A stretch of DNA of 64,000 bases from Octopus bimaculoides. Taxonomy: Eukaryota. Shown piece after piece: positions 1-12,938 of this stretch. The position numbers and the translations under genes were made by a program. Positions within the stretch are counted from its first letter, which is position 1; each line of letters opens with the position of its first letter. The stretch is taken from positions 13,388,301 through 13,452,300 of the forward strand of contig NC_069000.1 of the NCBI RefSeq assembly GCF_001194135.2. Direction: 5' to 3'. The notes under the pieces are model-generated. The model was not told where the DNA came from, made no database searches, and saw nothing but the letters and a program-made list of their open reading frames with translations.

Positions 1-225
1 ACACACACACACACACACACATACACACATACACACACATACACACAAACATATGTATAATATAAATTATTACGCATTATCACGTAGACTGTGTTACTCC
101 GGTGATGTGTGCGTGTGTGTGTGTGCGCGCTGGGGTTCTTTTATGAATGAAATGTTGCCGAATCAATGATGAGACCGTTCTTTCTTCCCTACATTCCTTG
201 CAGTTTTTGTTGTATTTATGGTGTC

Positions 226-266
<41 letters not shown>

Positions 267-848
267 CATTATCATTGTTATTATCATTATTATTTCAGTT
301 TTCTTTTCATTCAGTTGCTTAAACATAAAACACTTTGAATAAAGAACGAAACGTGGTGAAGTTGAATGCGAAAGGTTAAATCGCTCACTCAATAACTAAA
401 CAAAGAGTACAGATTCCGAGATAAAAAAAAAAATGACGAGCGCCAAGTGTACCATTCATTCGAAGATCAATAACATTGATCAGCGAGCTAACAGAGTTCC
501 CAAGTAAAGCAAATAATGTATTGAAAAGAGAAGCCCATAATGTCTTTATTAAAAACTAGGGCCACGCTATGTAAAAGCTAATGGAGAATCTATAAGTGTA
601 GAATAATATTTAGGTTATCAAGGCATTTTTGTTTGTTTGTGTGTTTGTTTGTTTGTTAGGTGCTTGATGCTGTGAATTGGGGGAACGTGTCATTTTTAAC
701 AAAAGAAATCGATTTTGAGTTAGTTTATAGATGCCTATTTTTCCACCCACTGATGAGCGTGGGTGATAGGAAGATGGGAAAACGTTTCATGCCTACAAAC
801 GATGCAGTAAAAGTCTGAAGCGTTTTCGATGTAATTACATGAGCATCT

Positions 849-880
<32 letters not shown>

Positions 881-883
881 GCA

Positions 884-964
<81 letters not shown>

Positions 965-966
965 TT

Positions 967-1178
967 GTGTGCCTGTATTTCCCCCACCACCACCATCACT
1001 TGATAACCGATGCTGGTGTGTTTACGTCCCCGTAACTTAGCGGTTCGGCAAAAAGAGACCAATAGGATAAGTACTAGGCTTACAAAGAATAAGTTCTGGG
1101 ATCGATTTCCTCGACTAAAGGTGATGCTCCAGCATGGCCGCAGTCAAATTACTGAAACAAGTAAAAGAGTAAAAGAAT
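967..1178 (+). mobile_element. SINE type A, 3' half
   Basis: Contains ccaccatcacttgataaccgatgctggtgtgtttacgtccccgtaacttagcggttcggc...gaaacaagtaaaagagtaaaaga, matching the full copy at 57094-57505; preceded by the family's internal (CA)/(TA) microsatellite. Confidence 0.9.
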
Positions 1179-2311
1179 ATATATGTATACATACATACAT
1201 ACATACATATACATATTTACATACATTTACAGATAAATATATATATGTATATATGTGTATATATATATGTATAAATATAAAAAGAGATGTATGTGTATAT
1301 GTGCATATATATATATGTATATACACGTATTTACACATTCATATGTTCGGATATATATGAATGTATCCGAACGTATGTGTGTATGCGTTTGAAAGAGAAG
1401 GGGGCCAAATTCAGACTTCGTGCGAAAAAAAAAAAAATTGGGATTGTTTACATTGTGTTTGATTCCACGCTCTCCAAAAAACAACAAAAATCAATTGTAC
1501 TAAAGTCAAACAAAAAGAAAAATTAAAGAAATTATCGCTTTTATAACATGGTAGCAACAGAGCGTTTCTTAAGAAAAATTAAGGGGTTTGGATTTCATGT
1601 TTACAAAATGAAGTAATAGAAATTTTAGCCCCTATGAAATTAAAGATGTTTAAGTTTGATATAATTAAAAATGAATGGTTTGATAAATAAGGAAAATATA
1701 AAGGAATAAACAAGAACATTGATTTAGAAGCCGCTATGGGAATAAGAAAATGGTGTCGTGAGAAGCTTCGCAGAATGTTTCCGATAATTCTTATATATGG
1801 ACAGAGAGTAGAAGTCTTTCGTATTGCGGTAATAGCGAGGAGGTTTCTAGGGTCAAAGGAACCGCAAACAAGAGAGAGAACAAGAGAGAAGAGAGAAGGA
1901 GATAACTGCCATTCAATGCGTATGTATTTTTTTATGTATCTATATATATATACACACGCACTGTGCACGCAGAAACAAGCAGCACACACATACATTGTGG
2001 ATTCTCCTATTGTAAACTACTAATGAGGGCTCTGCATATTCCTACTGAACAACTTGTGTGAGTAAGTTGTTTATGGTGAAGTGTTTTAAGTAAATTTCAT
2101 AGTTCAATTATTAGAAAGAAAAAAAGTAACACGGAATTTTCCTGAAATTTTTGTCTTATTTTCTCTTGTCTTAATGCATGGCGCACAACTTTAAGAATAT
2201 TTCTCTTCTAGTAAACAGTGAAATTTTAATTAATTAGTTTTCTACATCATTCAGTTAATCAGTACCCCATACTTTGTTTTGTAGTATTTTAAGACTTGCA
2301 TCACTTCGGCA

Positions 2312-2610
2312 GTGAAGGCGCATGGTCAAGTAGTTAGGTGTTGGGCTCTACCATATTTGGGCTGTAGGTTCGAGTCACGGATCAGGTGGCGCGTTGTGTC
2401 CGTGAGCAAAGCATTTTACATTGCTCAAGTCTACTCTGCTGAAAATGAGTACCTACAGCAGTCAGGAGTTAACCCTGCGACGGATTATCGTTCCGCTTAG
2501 TGAGGAATCTGGTAATCTCAGCCGCATTAATGCCTTGAATTCCCAGAAGAGTTTTGGCTTTTTGACCCCATGGACTTATAGGCAGTGAGTTGACATCACT
2601 TCGACAACTG
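2312..2610 (+). mobile_element. SINE type C, diverged
   Basis: tRNA-like head (tggtcaagtagtt...ggttcgagtc) followed by gcgttgtgtccgtgagcaaagcatttt...aaaatgagtac, as in the copy at 8373. Confidence 0.75.
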
Positions 2611-2870
2611 CATTGAAAAAAAAAAAAAAAAAAAAAAAAAAAAGAAAAGAAACCTGTTTCTGCACTTTGCACTTAACATTGATATTTCAGAAGTGAATTC
2701 CTGTTATTTCATAATTAATGTCCCACCTGAAGAAAATACTTTGACTTGCTTGCTTTGACGTAATACCCCCTTTGAAATTATACGTATTTTTGACATTTTC
2801 AAATCTTGGCTTAAAACATAGTATTATCATTGTTGACATCGCTACTTTTAATTTAGTCTATACAGTTATA

Positions 2871-3020
2871 GTTTTGTTACGTGAGTCAGTAATAATAGGT
2901 ATTTAAACAGGTTAACTATGGCTGACTTTCGGTAACAAATTGAAGCTGATTCCCCAATTATCAGACGTCAACAATCCGGACAGTTAAATTAACTTAATAT
3001 CTGGTGCCCTCGCAGTAAAC
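2871..3020 (+). repeat. Unclassified dispersed repeat, copy 1
   Basis: Aligns by eye over about 150 bp to 7321-7468 (gttttgttac...ggttaactatgRctgactttcggtaaYaaattg...cagttaaattaaYttaatatc). Confidence 0.8.
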
Positions 3021-4298
3021 TGACATTAAATAGCGTTTATGAGAATTGATGGCTGTAGCAGCCTTTCAGAAATTGATGAATGGCTTGTTATGGACGAAGA
3101 ATCCTATTAGAAACGAAACGATTCGAAATAGACATAATGACTGAATAATAATCAATATCACACGACCTGACAGCACATCAGACTCACGGTTCAATTTCTA
3201 CTGTGTTCCGATATATTGCAAATACCAATACACATTGATGCTGTCATAACGTACACTTTTCGTTCTAAACGTAGCATGGCAGTCATAAAATTATTATACT
3301 ATATGGCACTGATCTTTCATGTACTTAAAAAAAAATCAATTTGATATTCATAGAAATTCAATATTACTCGATAATAAATTGGGATGCAGGCGTTAATTAA
3401 CTGCCATAGCAACTAAGAAGCCTTAGCAACATAAGAACAAGTGAACTTTAATAACAACAGCAACATAAAAGTAATAGATTTTCTCTTGTAATGGCAACTA
3501 GTTAGCAACTGGAATGCGTTAGCAATACAAAGACACACAGCAAATTAGGGTGTTCTCTTGAAAGAAACCCTTCATATTGCTTATATATTCTTGGTATTCT
3601 AGTCACTCGAAAGTAGTTACAGCAAACTGTCAAATTGCTTTTGTCAACAGCCGATTAACATATGCCGGCATCAACAAGGTTACTTAGGCCATCATATTTC
3701 GAACCCATGAAAGGGATGCCACGACCCGTTCTCCCACTCAGACATACTCTCATCAACAGACGAACCTAGATCACCATTGTTCGAATGAGTCATCAAGTCC
3801 GACCATTTCTTCAACAAACACTTTTCTCACCATACAGTTTTAAACGGATGCTATATCAACCAGTGACACTGCTTAGAAAGGGCCCCGTGGAGAAGCTTAT
3901 TAATAGCCACCGAGAATGGCAGGACTAGTCATCACAGCATAGAGACATACTACCGGGTAGCAAAATATTCTGGTCGGTTCAATGAAAGTATCTACTAGTA
4001 ATCATCGTAGTAAACAGTGACGGACAGTAGACCAGCTTTGGTAGCATTAATTTATATGCAGCTTCCATGGCAACCAAGAGACTGTCACAGGAAACAGCGA
4101 ACAGTTCAAAGATTTTAGCTCTAGCTGGAAGAACTGAGATGAATGCCACACGAGAACGACAGTGAGCACGTCAGATTCCTGGCCTCTTTATAACTTCCAA
4201 TAAAGCCCAAGTTTTCGACCAGTATTTAAGTTTTTTCTCCATGTTATACACTTGAGATATTTAAGGACAGGCACATATTATGTGGGGGCGCTCGGGCA

Positions 4299-4374
<76 letters not shown>

Positions 4375-4915
4375 TGCATGCGTGTATGTGTAATGTATAT
4401 ATGTATGAGACATCGAAAGACTTATCACACGGTACGTTCAACTGAATCATCTCGGCACCATTCATTCCTGTAAATATATTTGCGACTTCAGCTTCTTCTT
4501 CAAGTTTACTTCTTATAGCCCTCATCCTTTTTGCGTGTATTATTTCTGTTTTATTTTCTTAATGTTGAAATCGAAACTTCGTATCGTATGTATAATTTAT
4601 AATGGTTGGTAAAGCCTAGCACAGCTATATTGATTTATCGACAAGTTATCCTGTTGTTTCTCATAATTCTCCACATACTCTCACAAATGAGATGTGTTAG
4701 GACCTACAGCACCATGAAGTCTTACATTATCTGTATTGCCAGGGTAACAATAACGTTTATATACGAACTGTTTGCAGAAAATTTAACAATAACTATACTG
4801 GCTCAATAAAGTCGCATTATGAGTAATAATATGTGTTTAATAATCATGTTAACTATGCTGACATTCAGTAACGAATTGAAACTGATTCCTGTTGAGTTCC
4901 ATATTGAGCTCACGA

Positions 4916-5026
4916 TCATAAGATCGATTCCGAGATCGGACGGCATGTTATGCCTGTGAAAATGCAATTCATTTCACGTTGCTGACGCATTCTTCTATCC
5001 GCAATAGCTGGCATGCCTTCCATGTT
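4916..5026 (-). CDS. Weak candidate terminal exon, NMEGMPAIADRRMRQQREMNCIFTGITCRPISESIL*
   Basis: Minus-strand acceptor ccacctttcatctattag; phase-0 frame open for 36 codons to TGA; no homology recognised. Confidence 0.2.
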   Translation of the reverse strand, partial: NMEGMPAIADRRMRQQREMNCIFTGITCRPISESIL

Positions 5027-5229
5027 CTAATAGATGAAAGGTGGAACAGCCGAGATAATGCCCGTGTCTGCTCGCGACATATAGGTACCACAGGGCTTAT
5101 TTCTGTGACTTGTTTTATAGATGTGTTTACTGAACTGGTAAGTTACAAAATACATAAAGAAACGTACAAATACGACGCCGGCTTCATAGATACATGTAAA
5201 CACAATGCATATATATATATATATGGGAG

Positions 5230-5412
5230 AATATACAAATAATAACAACAGACGAGGACAGGTGGTGTAAATAACAAAAGTATATATTAGTATGACGCTC
5301 GGGAATACGGAAAGTCTTTGACGTTTCGAGCTACGCTCTTCAACAGAAAGAATACGGAGACAAGGAGAAAAACACGGAGAAAAAAAATTGAATAGTGTTC
5401 AGTCAACGGTCA

Positions 5413-5415
<3 letters not shown>
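5230..5415 (-). mobile_element. Short Penelope-type terminal element with hammerhead-like motif, copy 1
   Basis: Minus strand: pyrimidine tract, then TCTTT-CTGTTGA-A-GAGC-GTA-GCTC-GAAA-C-GTC-AAAGA; abuts (TA)n. Confidence 0.7.
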
Positions 5416-5496
<81 letters not shown>

Positions 5497-5655
5497 CATA
5501 CGTACGTACATACATACATACATACATACATACATACATACATACATACATAAATACATACATAAATACATACATACATAAATACATACATACATACATA
5601 TACCTACATATATATACACACGCACATTATTATAATAATAATAATAATAATAATA

Positions 5656-5690
<35 letters not shown>

Positions 5691-5700
5691 GATTATTATT
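5416..5700. repeat. Compound microsatellite (TA)n(GA)n(TACA)n(AAT)n(ATT)n
   Basis: Directly visible. Confidence 0.97.
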
Positions 5701-6384
5701 ATCATTTTCATCATCATTGCGTAAAAATTGGTATGGTTTTACGATAATCGTAACATCTGTTTAACATCGACATATTTGGTAGTAAAATATTGAGAGAATG
5801 AATTATCGATTAAGATATTTTTTTTATTGAATTTAGTGACAGAATTAAAGACATCCTTATTTATTTATCTTTTTTCATCATAATACATAGTAATTTTAAA
5901 TAAAATGCATTTCCTACTCCACCATAATTTTTTAATATATTACAAATTATATAGGTATTGATATTATGTTATAAAATGGCCGGTGATTATTTTCGATTAA
6001 AATACTTTTCGATTAATATTATTGGAGATCCATAAGAATATTTTATGACTTGTAATTTTCTTTACTTAATTATTTTATCCATTCGTATTTATTATGTATT
6101 TGAATTATTAATGCTCCCGCTTCTAAACTTAGGTATTTTTAATCAGTATTTTTGCAATTTGGCAATCCTTACATGGAAGAGGATTGTATACGTACATGGG
6201 AATTTTTATAAATTCACGAGTGTATATGAATCGAAACAAATTGTTGGCTTTATATGTGTTCCTTTTTCAATTTGTTGTTATGTTACATTATATTTTTATA
6301 GTATATAATATTATATTATAATGTGAATAAATTTTTACTTTGTCAATTGTATTTCTCTATTTCATTTAATATTTGTATTTATAT

Positions 6385-6590
6385 ATATCATATACGATGG
6401 GCTTTCTCACTATCTGCGTCCATCAAGTCTACCAAATACCACTCAGGGATTTGGTCAACTCCAAGCGATAGTAGAATATACTTTGTCCCAGTTGCTCTAA
6501 AGTGGTATCCAAAAGTTGTATCTAAAGTTGTATCCAAAACCGTTTGGTTGCAAATCGAAGTTCTTAACCATACAGCGTTATATTTGAGGA
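6385..6590 (-). mobile_element. SINE type A, highly decayed 5' half
   Basis: Reverse complement reads gctgtatggttaagaacttcg...gagtggtatttggtagac...gaaagcccatcgtata, matching the type A head and body. Confidence 0.6.
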
Positions 6591-6974
6591 TGTATATATA
6601 CTAAGTGGCGAAGATTTTGAACAAAACATCAACGCAATAATTTCTTTATTTAATATTACTTTAATTAATGTTTTTAAAAATGGTTTTAGTAACAAAAACA
6701 AGAAGAATTATCTTAGACATAGGCTTTACATTTTTTCAAAGAATGGAAGAATGCACCTCTAAGAATTAAATTGACTATTATGTTTAAATTTTCTTTGTTT
6801 AGATATTAATAAACAAGTGCAGGTTCAGTGGGGATAAAAATATTTGCTTCATTACTAGTGGTTTGGTGACGATAAGTAACATATATCATGCTGGTCGCTG
6901 AGGGGATGCTGTGGTTTCTCCTCAGGTTAGTGACATTCTGGCTGTACCCAATCACTATTTTTATATAACAGGGA

Positions 6975-7070
6975 CTAATCTGTCCAATGCGTCCTCCCTT
7001 TCTTTATCATGAGAGGGTGTGATTTGTCAGAGATTTGATTACTATTTCTCGCAGGTTTGAATGACTATAT
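6975..7070 (+). repeat. Unclassified dispersed repeat (family E)
   Basis: tcctcccttt...gggtgtgatttgtcagagatttgattactatttc aligns by eye to 55345-55430 and weakly to 17030-17100. Confidence 0.5.
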
Positions 7071-7320
7071 ACTGACTTCTTTTGCCCTTTGTGTGTTTTT
7101 TGTTGTGTTATAATGAGGGGTAGGGGTCAATATTACGAGCACTGTTTTTCTTTGTCTATTGATCTTTATCCAAGGAAAATATATTTCCCCCGAGATTAAT
7201 ATACGTGTTAAAAATTAGCTCTTATCAGCATGGCTTACTATCAGCTGGATATTGATCGATAATTTTAATTTCCGCTAATGGCTTATTCACAAAGTCTACG
7301 ACAATAGCAGGAATGTAACA

Positions 7321-7468
7321 GTTTTGTTACCTGAGTTATAATAAGTATTTAAGTAGGGTTAACTATGACTGACTTTCGGTAATAAATTGCAGTCGATTCT
7401 TCAATTATCAGGTGTCAACAATCAAGACAGTTAAATTAATTTAATATCGGGTGATCTCTCTAATAAAC
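7321..7468 (+). repeat. Unclassified dispersed repeat, copy 2
   Basis: Paralog of 2871-3020. Confidence 0.8.
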
Positions 7469-7816
7469 TATAAGAATGGTTGTCGATTAAATAGTCTTCC
7501 AGAATCATACGTTTTCTCCGTAATTAATTGATCAACAAAATTTACCGATTTTGTGAATTTGTGTCCACAGAATAGCATGTATAAAATGTTTATATTTTAT
7601 TTTAAAATATTTTTCATAGTTTTTATTTGTTTATATATTTTTTAGCATTCCGATGTTTCCTAGCATGGAAATTATTTTTGATAATTTCCATTAATTTTCA
7701 ACAGTTTCGTTTAATAATGATAAGTTGTTGAGTTGTTGACTAGGCACAAGACAAGAATAAATTAAATTTTTCAGCATTAATTTGATATTCAGCAACTTTT
7801 CTCAAATACGCAAAAG

Positions 7817-7851
<35 letters not shown>

Positions 7852-7883
7852 ATAAATATATGTATGTATGTATGTATGTATAT

Positions 7884-8045
7884 GCACGTGGCTGTGTGGC
7901 AAGAAGTTTGCTTCCCAACCCCATGGTTCAGGGTTCAGTCCCACTCGGTGGGACCTTCGGCAAGTGTCTTCCATTATAGCCACGGGCCGACCGAAGCCTT
8001 GTGAGTGGATTTGGAAAATGGAAAATTCGAACAACCCTTATATAT
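7884..8045 (+). mobile_element. SINE type A, 5' half
   Basis: gtggctgtgtggcaagaagtttgcttcccaacc...gggttcagtcccac...ccttgtgagtggatttgg, with A- and B-box-like head. Confidence 0.88.
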
Positions 8046-8149
8046 ATATAAACCAAAAGAACATTCTTTATCTAAATTCAACGCTTTTACAGATTTTCAA
8101 TGATTTTTCTTTAAATTATTGTTCATAAGTTAGCGTCATAACCACGGGG

Positions 8150-8775
8150 TTTCAGATTTCTTCCCTTTGAGTGGTACTTTGGTTAAACCTATTTTATATA
8201 TTCCCGAACTGATCATTGCTTTATGAGTGAATTTGATTGACAGAAACTATGGGGAAGCCCGTCATATGTGTGTATGTATATTTAGATGTGCGTGTGCATC
8301 TCATTGTGTTTGTACCTCCACCTCTTGACAACCGGTGCTGTTTTGTTTAAGCCCCTGTAACCTAGCGGTTCGTCTGTGGAGGCGCGTGGTTTAGTAGTTT
8401 GGGTATTCGACTCATGATCGTAAGATTGTGGTTTCGATTCCTAGACCGGGTGACGCGTTGTGTTCTTGAACAAAACACTTCGTTTCACGTTGCTCCAGTC
8501 CACTCAGCTGGCAAAAATGAGTAATCCTGTGACGGATCGGTGACCCGTCCAAGTAGGGTATATATACGCCATGTAACCCAAGAAACCGGCCCTTGTGAGT
8601 CGACATGACTCGAGAAGGTAGCTTTACTTCAGCGGTTCGGCTCAACTGACCGATGTAAGAAGTAATCTGACTTCAAAAAATAAGTACTTGGGTCGATTTG
8701 ATTGAGCAAGCTCTTGATGGCAATGCCACAAAATGGTTGTAGTCCAATGACAGAAACAAGTAAAAGAACAATAGA
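8150..8775 (+). mobile_element. Decayed SINE type A interrupted by a type C SINE
   Basis: Type A body stops at cctagcggttcg (8372) and resumes at agcggttcgg (8631). Confidence 0.75.
8373..8630 (+). mobile_element. SINE type C nested in a type A SINE, 9-bp TSD AGCGGTTCG
   Basis: Head ggaggcgcgtggtttagtag...ggtttcgattcc; direct repeats at 8364-8372 and 8631-8639. Confidence 0.88.
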
Positions 8776-11599
8776 ATATTAACTGTGTTTTCTGTCCAAA
8801 GGAAACACATTGTGGAATAAAAATTAATAGAAACATGTTGTAACTTGTTATTTGTCAATAACTTAGTATAATAGAAAACATCGAGTTAGTTTCATTGTTC
8901 AGATCGATCTCATGTTGGTAACTCAGGATACCTGTGCGCCTCACAATGAGTCATAGACTTAATGTTGATCTTGTATAAGGAGAGACTAGTGTCTATTCAA
9001 AAACCAATAGTTTAATGCTCAGATACTTCCTTCAATACAGATTTATGACATCAAATTTCTTTAAAACTCATTTAAAAGTAGTAGAGAAACGATTTGGCTT
9101 TATTAGTTTAAATTTGAAGATATGTCAGTAGCAATAGAATAGATTTGTTAGATTTCTCTTACTTTACAAAGTAGAATTTCTACTTCTCTTCATTTACTTC
9201 TCCGACAAGACGTATCAGAATTATTGCATTTATGAATTATTATAGTGGATCATATTCTGACTGTAATGTATGAACAATGAATTATGCTACCAGAACAGCA
9301 GTTTACACAGTTAACAAAACTGATGAAAACGTGCAATATCTTTATTGATTTTTATGAACTGATTCTTCTCCAGGTGTTAAGATAAAATAAAAATTTACAT
9401 ACGAAATAAAAAAAAAAACAAGAATAAAAGTTATAAACCATGCTGGAAATATATTTATCCTGATCAGTTTTTATTAATTCAGTATTTTAGAGAGTTATGC
9501 TGAGAGGAAAACAAACAAGTTGCGTGTGCCGTAAATTATGCATTAGCAGGAAATTGAATATACCTCGAGAAAACTAAGTAGAACGTTTATCGATTTGCTA
9601 ATATTACTGATACTTAACGCCCTTTATATGACGTAGAACAATTATATATTTGCGTGTGTAAAGTAATGGAGCAAGAGAAAATATTAAACCAGGTTGTTTA
9701 GTGAGATTTTTTTTGGTCTACTAATGATGATATTATATTTTGGTTTATATTAGTTTTATATCATTAATTTAGAAAATGAGACCACATGTATTAATTGAAA
9801 GCTTGACACTGAGAACCAATTTATATTACATATGTTTTTTTTTGTTTTGTTTTTGAGGTTTTCTTTTTCATATTCAAATCGACTTGTGCATGAGTTTTAG
9901 CAATCAGAGAAAGTGGAAACGAGAGAAAAGAGAAACGACGAGTTGTTGGCAGATGAAATTCACAATTTAATGGCCGAAAAGAGAGCTATTACATACGTTA
10001 TTATAGCTGCATTGTAATTGAATGATAGGCATCGTTGGCAAGTAACGTTCATTAAAAGTTTTAATTTTCTAAATGTCACAAAGTGAAACTTGAAAATACT
10101 TAAAATCACTTTTCAGAAGAGTATACGAGTATATAGCTTTGAAATCAGTTGCTTCCAATCAATTCTTTTACAAAGATAGGTTTCAAACACCACTAGAGCC
10201 ATCTGTTGTGAATTGTTTGTGAAATATTCTAAGTGATATTGCCAAATGTGTGCTTATAGCATATTCCCAATTCTTAATTTAGAACTTTGTTACCACATGG
10301 TTTTCCATATTCTACTACAAATCATCTATTAAAGAGCTAGTAATAGAATCTGCAATTCTACTGTACAGTCTACGTATCTGTTAAAGAAAGCTTCATCTCA
10401 AATATCTGTCAGAAAGTTTTTGTTTTTATTTCAACATAAACGAGGTAACAATTCTTTGAAATCAATTAAAAGTCACTGGATTAGTTATTAATGTCGGCAA
10501 GTGACAAGTATAAAGAGAAAATATTTCTTATTATCGAAATGTATAATATAAACACAAAACAATACACGAAAACAAAAGAAAATATTTTACTAATTGTTGT
10601 AAAATCTTTCCCAACGTTATTTTTATATTATTATTACTTGACTATATGCATATACGCCTGCATATATATGTGGAGAATTTTACGCGTAAGTCAGATTACA
10701 AGAGAAAATGATATGTGAAAAAAACTGCACTTCACTAAAAGCTTGTTCGTGTCAAAACCTGTAATGGAATGGTGGAGAAATTTGATGCTAATACATGTGC
10801 AGTGCAATATATTTTTTACAGTCTGATGTAAATATGATATCAGAAAAAGAATAAAATTATTTGTTATAGCTGTTTTGTTAAACCATCATTTAGATGTCAT
10901 CAAAGCAGATATCCCCCAGACAACGTTTAATAAGGATAACAAAAGAATTATAAAATAAATAAAACAAAACGTTAAATTCAAAACAAAACAAAATGGTATT
11001 CACTATTGTTGGAATGAAATAGAATAGGATCTTTAAAAAAAGAATTCTTTCAATAGTCTATTTAGAAAAAGAAATATTTCTACAATATTGAAATATCCCA
11101 AAGCGCAATGCAATAATTAGAACAAAAACATACAAAGATAAATAGGAAAGAAAGAATAATAATATGTCAACATATTTCAATAATTGGATAAAAAAAAAAT
11201 AAAACTATATAAATCTTATTTTTTAGACTCACTCCGAAACATGTCATAGCCTTGGTATGAAGATGCATCACATACAATACGAACTGATGGAACAAGGAAG
11301 TATGTGGGTGTAGAGGGCTATAGTTCCCAATTAATATAATTGGAGAATTTTTTTTTTTTTTCATGACATTTTATCATACAATTCAGGAATGTAGACTGTG
11401 ATATACAGGAATGGTAGGAAAAACATATTTGTGCCAACTTAGAACAGATTTTGTTGGAATTAAATCAAAATTCAATTCCAAGAGAAGCATTCATTACAGT
11501 AAGCGTCTCTTTAAGTCTGCTGGTGGCAAACATTACGTGTGTAAATATATTTCGGTTCTGAACGAAATAAATATTAAGATCACTCCCCTTCTTGTGTGC

Positions 11600-11636
<37 letters not shown>

Positions 11637-11664
11637 TAAAAATATGTGACACTTATTCAGTAAC

Positions 11665-11745
11665 CATGATAAAACTCCGAGTTTCGGATGCCAGGGTGGG
11701 AGTCCACGCCAACATCTCTTCAGTTATCCGGCCAATTGAAAATTC
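11665..11745 (-). CDS. Candidate exon EFSIGRITEEMLAWTPTLASETRSFIM
   Basis: Acceptor ggtcatttttcacag; phase 0, compatible with the exon ending at 12636; weak donor ATG|gttact, or read-through to VTE* at 11653. Confidence 0.3.
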
Positions 11746-12635
11746 CTGTGAAAAATGACCGTTAAAAAGCAAAGGGAAATTATAAAGGTTATGAAGGGTA
11801 ATGGAGTCAACCAGACCCTAATGATACAGGTAATACCGAGTAAGTGCTATATACCGACTAGTTTTGCCCCAGATGTGGTTGCAACATGAATGGGGAATAT
11901 AACATGGGTCGTGTATTAGTGTGTGTATATATAAAAAGAATGAGATAAAGAGACCAATGGCATAAGTAAATCCAACAACGTTGCCTGGTGTTGCCGTGAG
12001 TTAAATTTCTTTCAAAATAATGTTAAATCCTCCATGAAATGCAATTTGGATAACATGCATTTTATGTGTGTGATTTCAAATATTATTGGGAAATTTGAGT
12101 AATAAATTGACTAACCAAGAGACAATCTTTATATCCAACTTAGAGTGGATGTCTTGTTAGAACGCCGAATACTACGGTATTAGCATTGAGAGGTCCTCCC
12201 ACATAGATGTATGATACATAAAAACACAGACATGTGACGCAGCAGACAATTTTCGTCTCCTATGAGCATCACTCCTATGAGCACCATTTCAATTTACTGA
12301 ACCTCAGTCTATAACAGATTATTCTTGTCAGCTACCATGTATATCCCTTCTTTTATACACCATGCGTCTATGTGAGAGGACCTCTCGAGGTTAATACTGT
12401 AGTTTTCGTGTTCTAAGATGTCCACGTTAAGCTGGGTATAAAGATTACCTTTTGGTACTAATACCGCTCCCATCGCTAATAATAATTGTTTTTACTAAAC
12501 ACTTAGTGGTAATACTTCAGAAAATTTTCATTATTTATACAGTAGATTCTTGAACACACAGTTTTTAGCAAAAACTGCAAATGGCCAAAAACTAATGAGT
12601 TCTGCTATGATAATTAATATGGGTAAATGAAATAC

Positions 12636-12727
12636 CTCAAGTTTTCTAAGTAGCTCCCTAATTAAATTTGGTATACTGGTTTCAGGTGCAGTACTATATC
12701 TTTTTAGAACATTAAACAATTCAATAT
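12636..12727 (-). CDS. Candidate internal exon (D)IELFNVLKRYSTAPETSIPNLIRELLRKLE
   Basis: Acceptor aactgatttgcatattttattag, donor GAG|gtattt, 92 nt, phase 1 to 0, amphipathic helical peptide; product unknown. Confidence 0.45.
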
Positions 12728-12938
12728 CTAATAAAATATGCAAATCAGTTAATTATCGATTAAAATTTCAAATATGTAAATTAGACACAATATTTTTTTC
12801 ATATCTATAATTGGGTCGCATTCTTGAGAAATATTTTATGCATTTTCCCTATGTTTGAATATTTATATTGCTATTTCTATCAACAGTAACCATCTATTTC
12901 ATTAATTTAAACATAAACAGTAATATATATTAAGAGTA

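Noticed and set aside
745-815. CTGATGA...GAAAACGTTTC with hairpin CACCCAC/GTGGGTG
   Set aside because: Helices I and II cannot form in hammerhead geometry; the hairpin sequesters the core.
3650-4230. GC-richer unique segment after a good acceptor (ttttgtcaacag)
   Set aside because: All frames close quickly and no convincing TE or protein motif was found; left unassigned.
4400-4545. Minus frame [39 protein letters not shown]
   Set aside because: Protein-like, but has no good acceptor or donor; the IFTG similarity to 4916-5026 and 18120-18190 may be chance.
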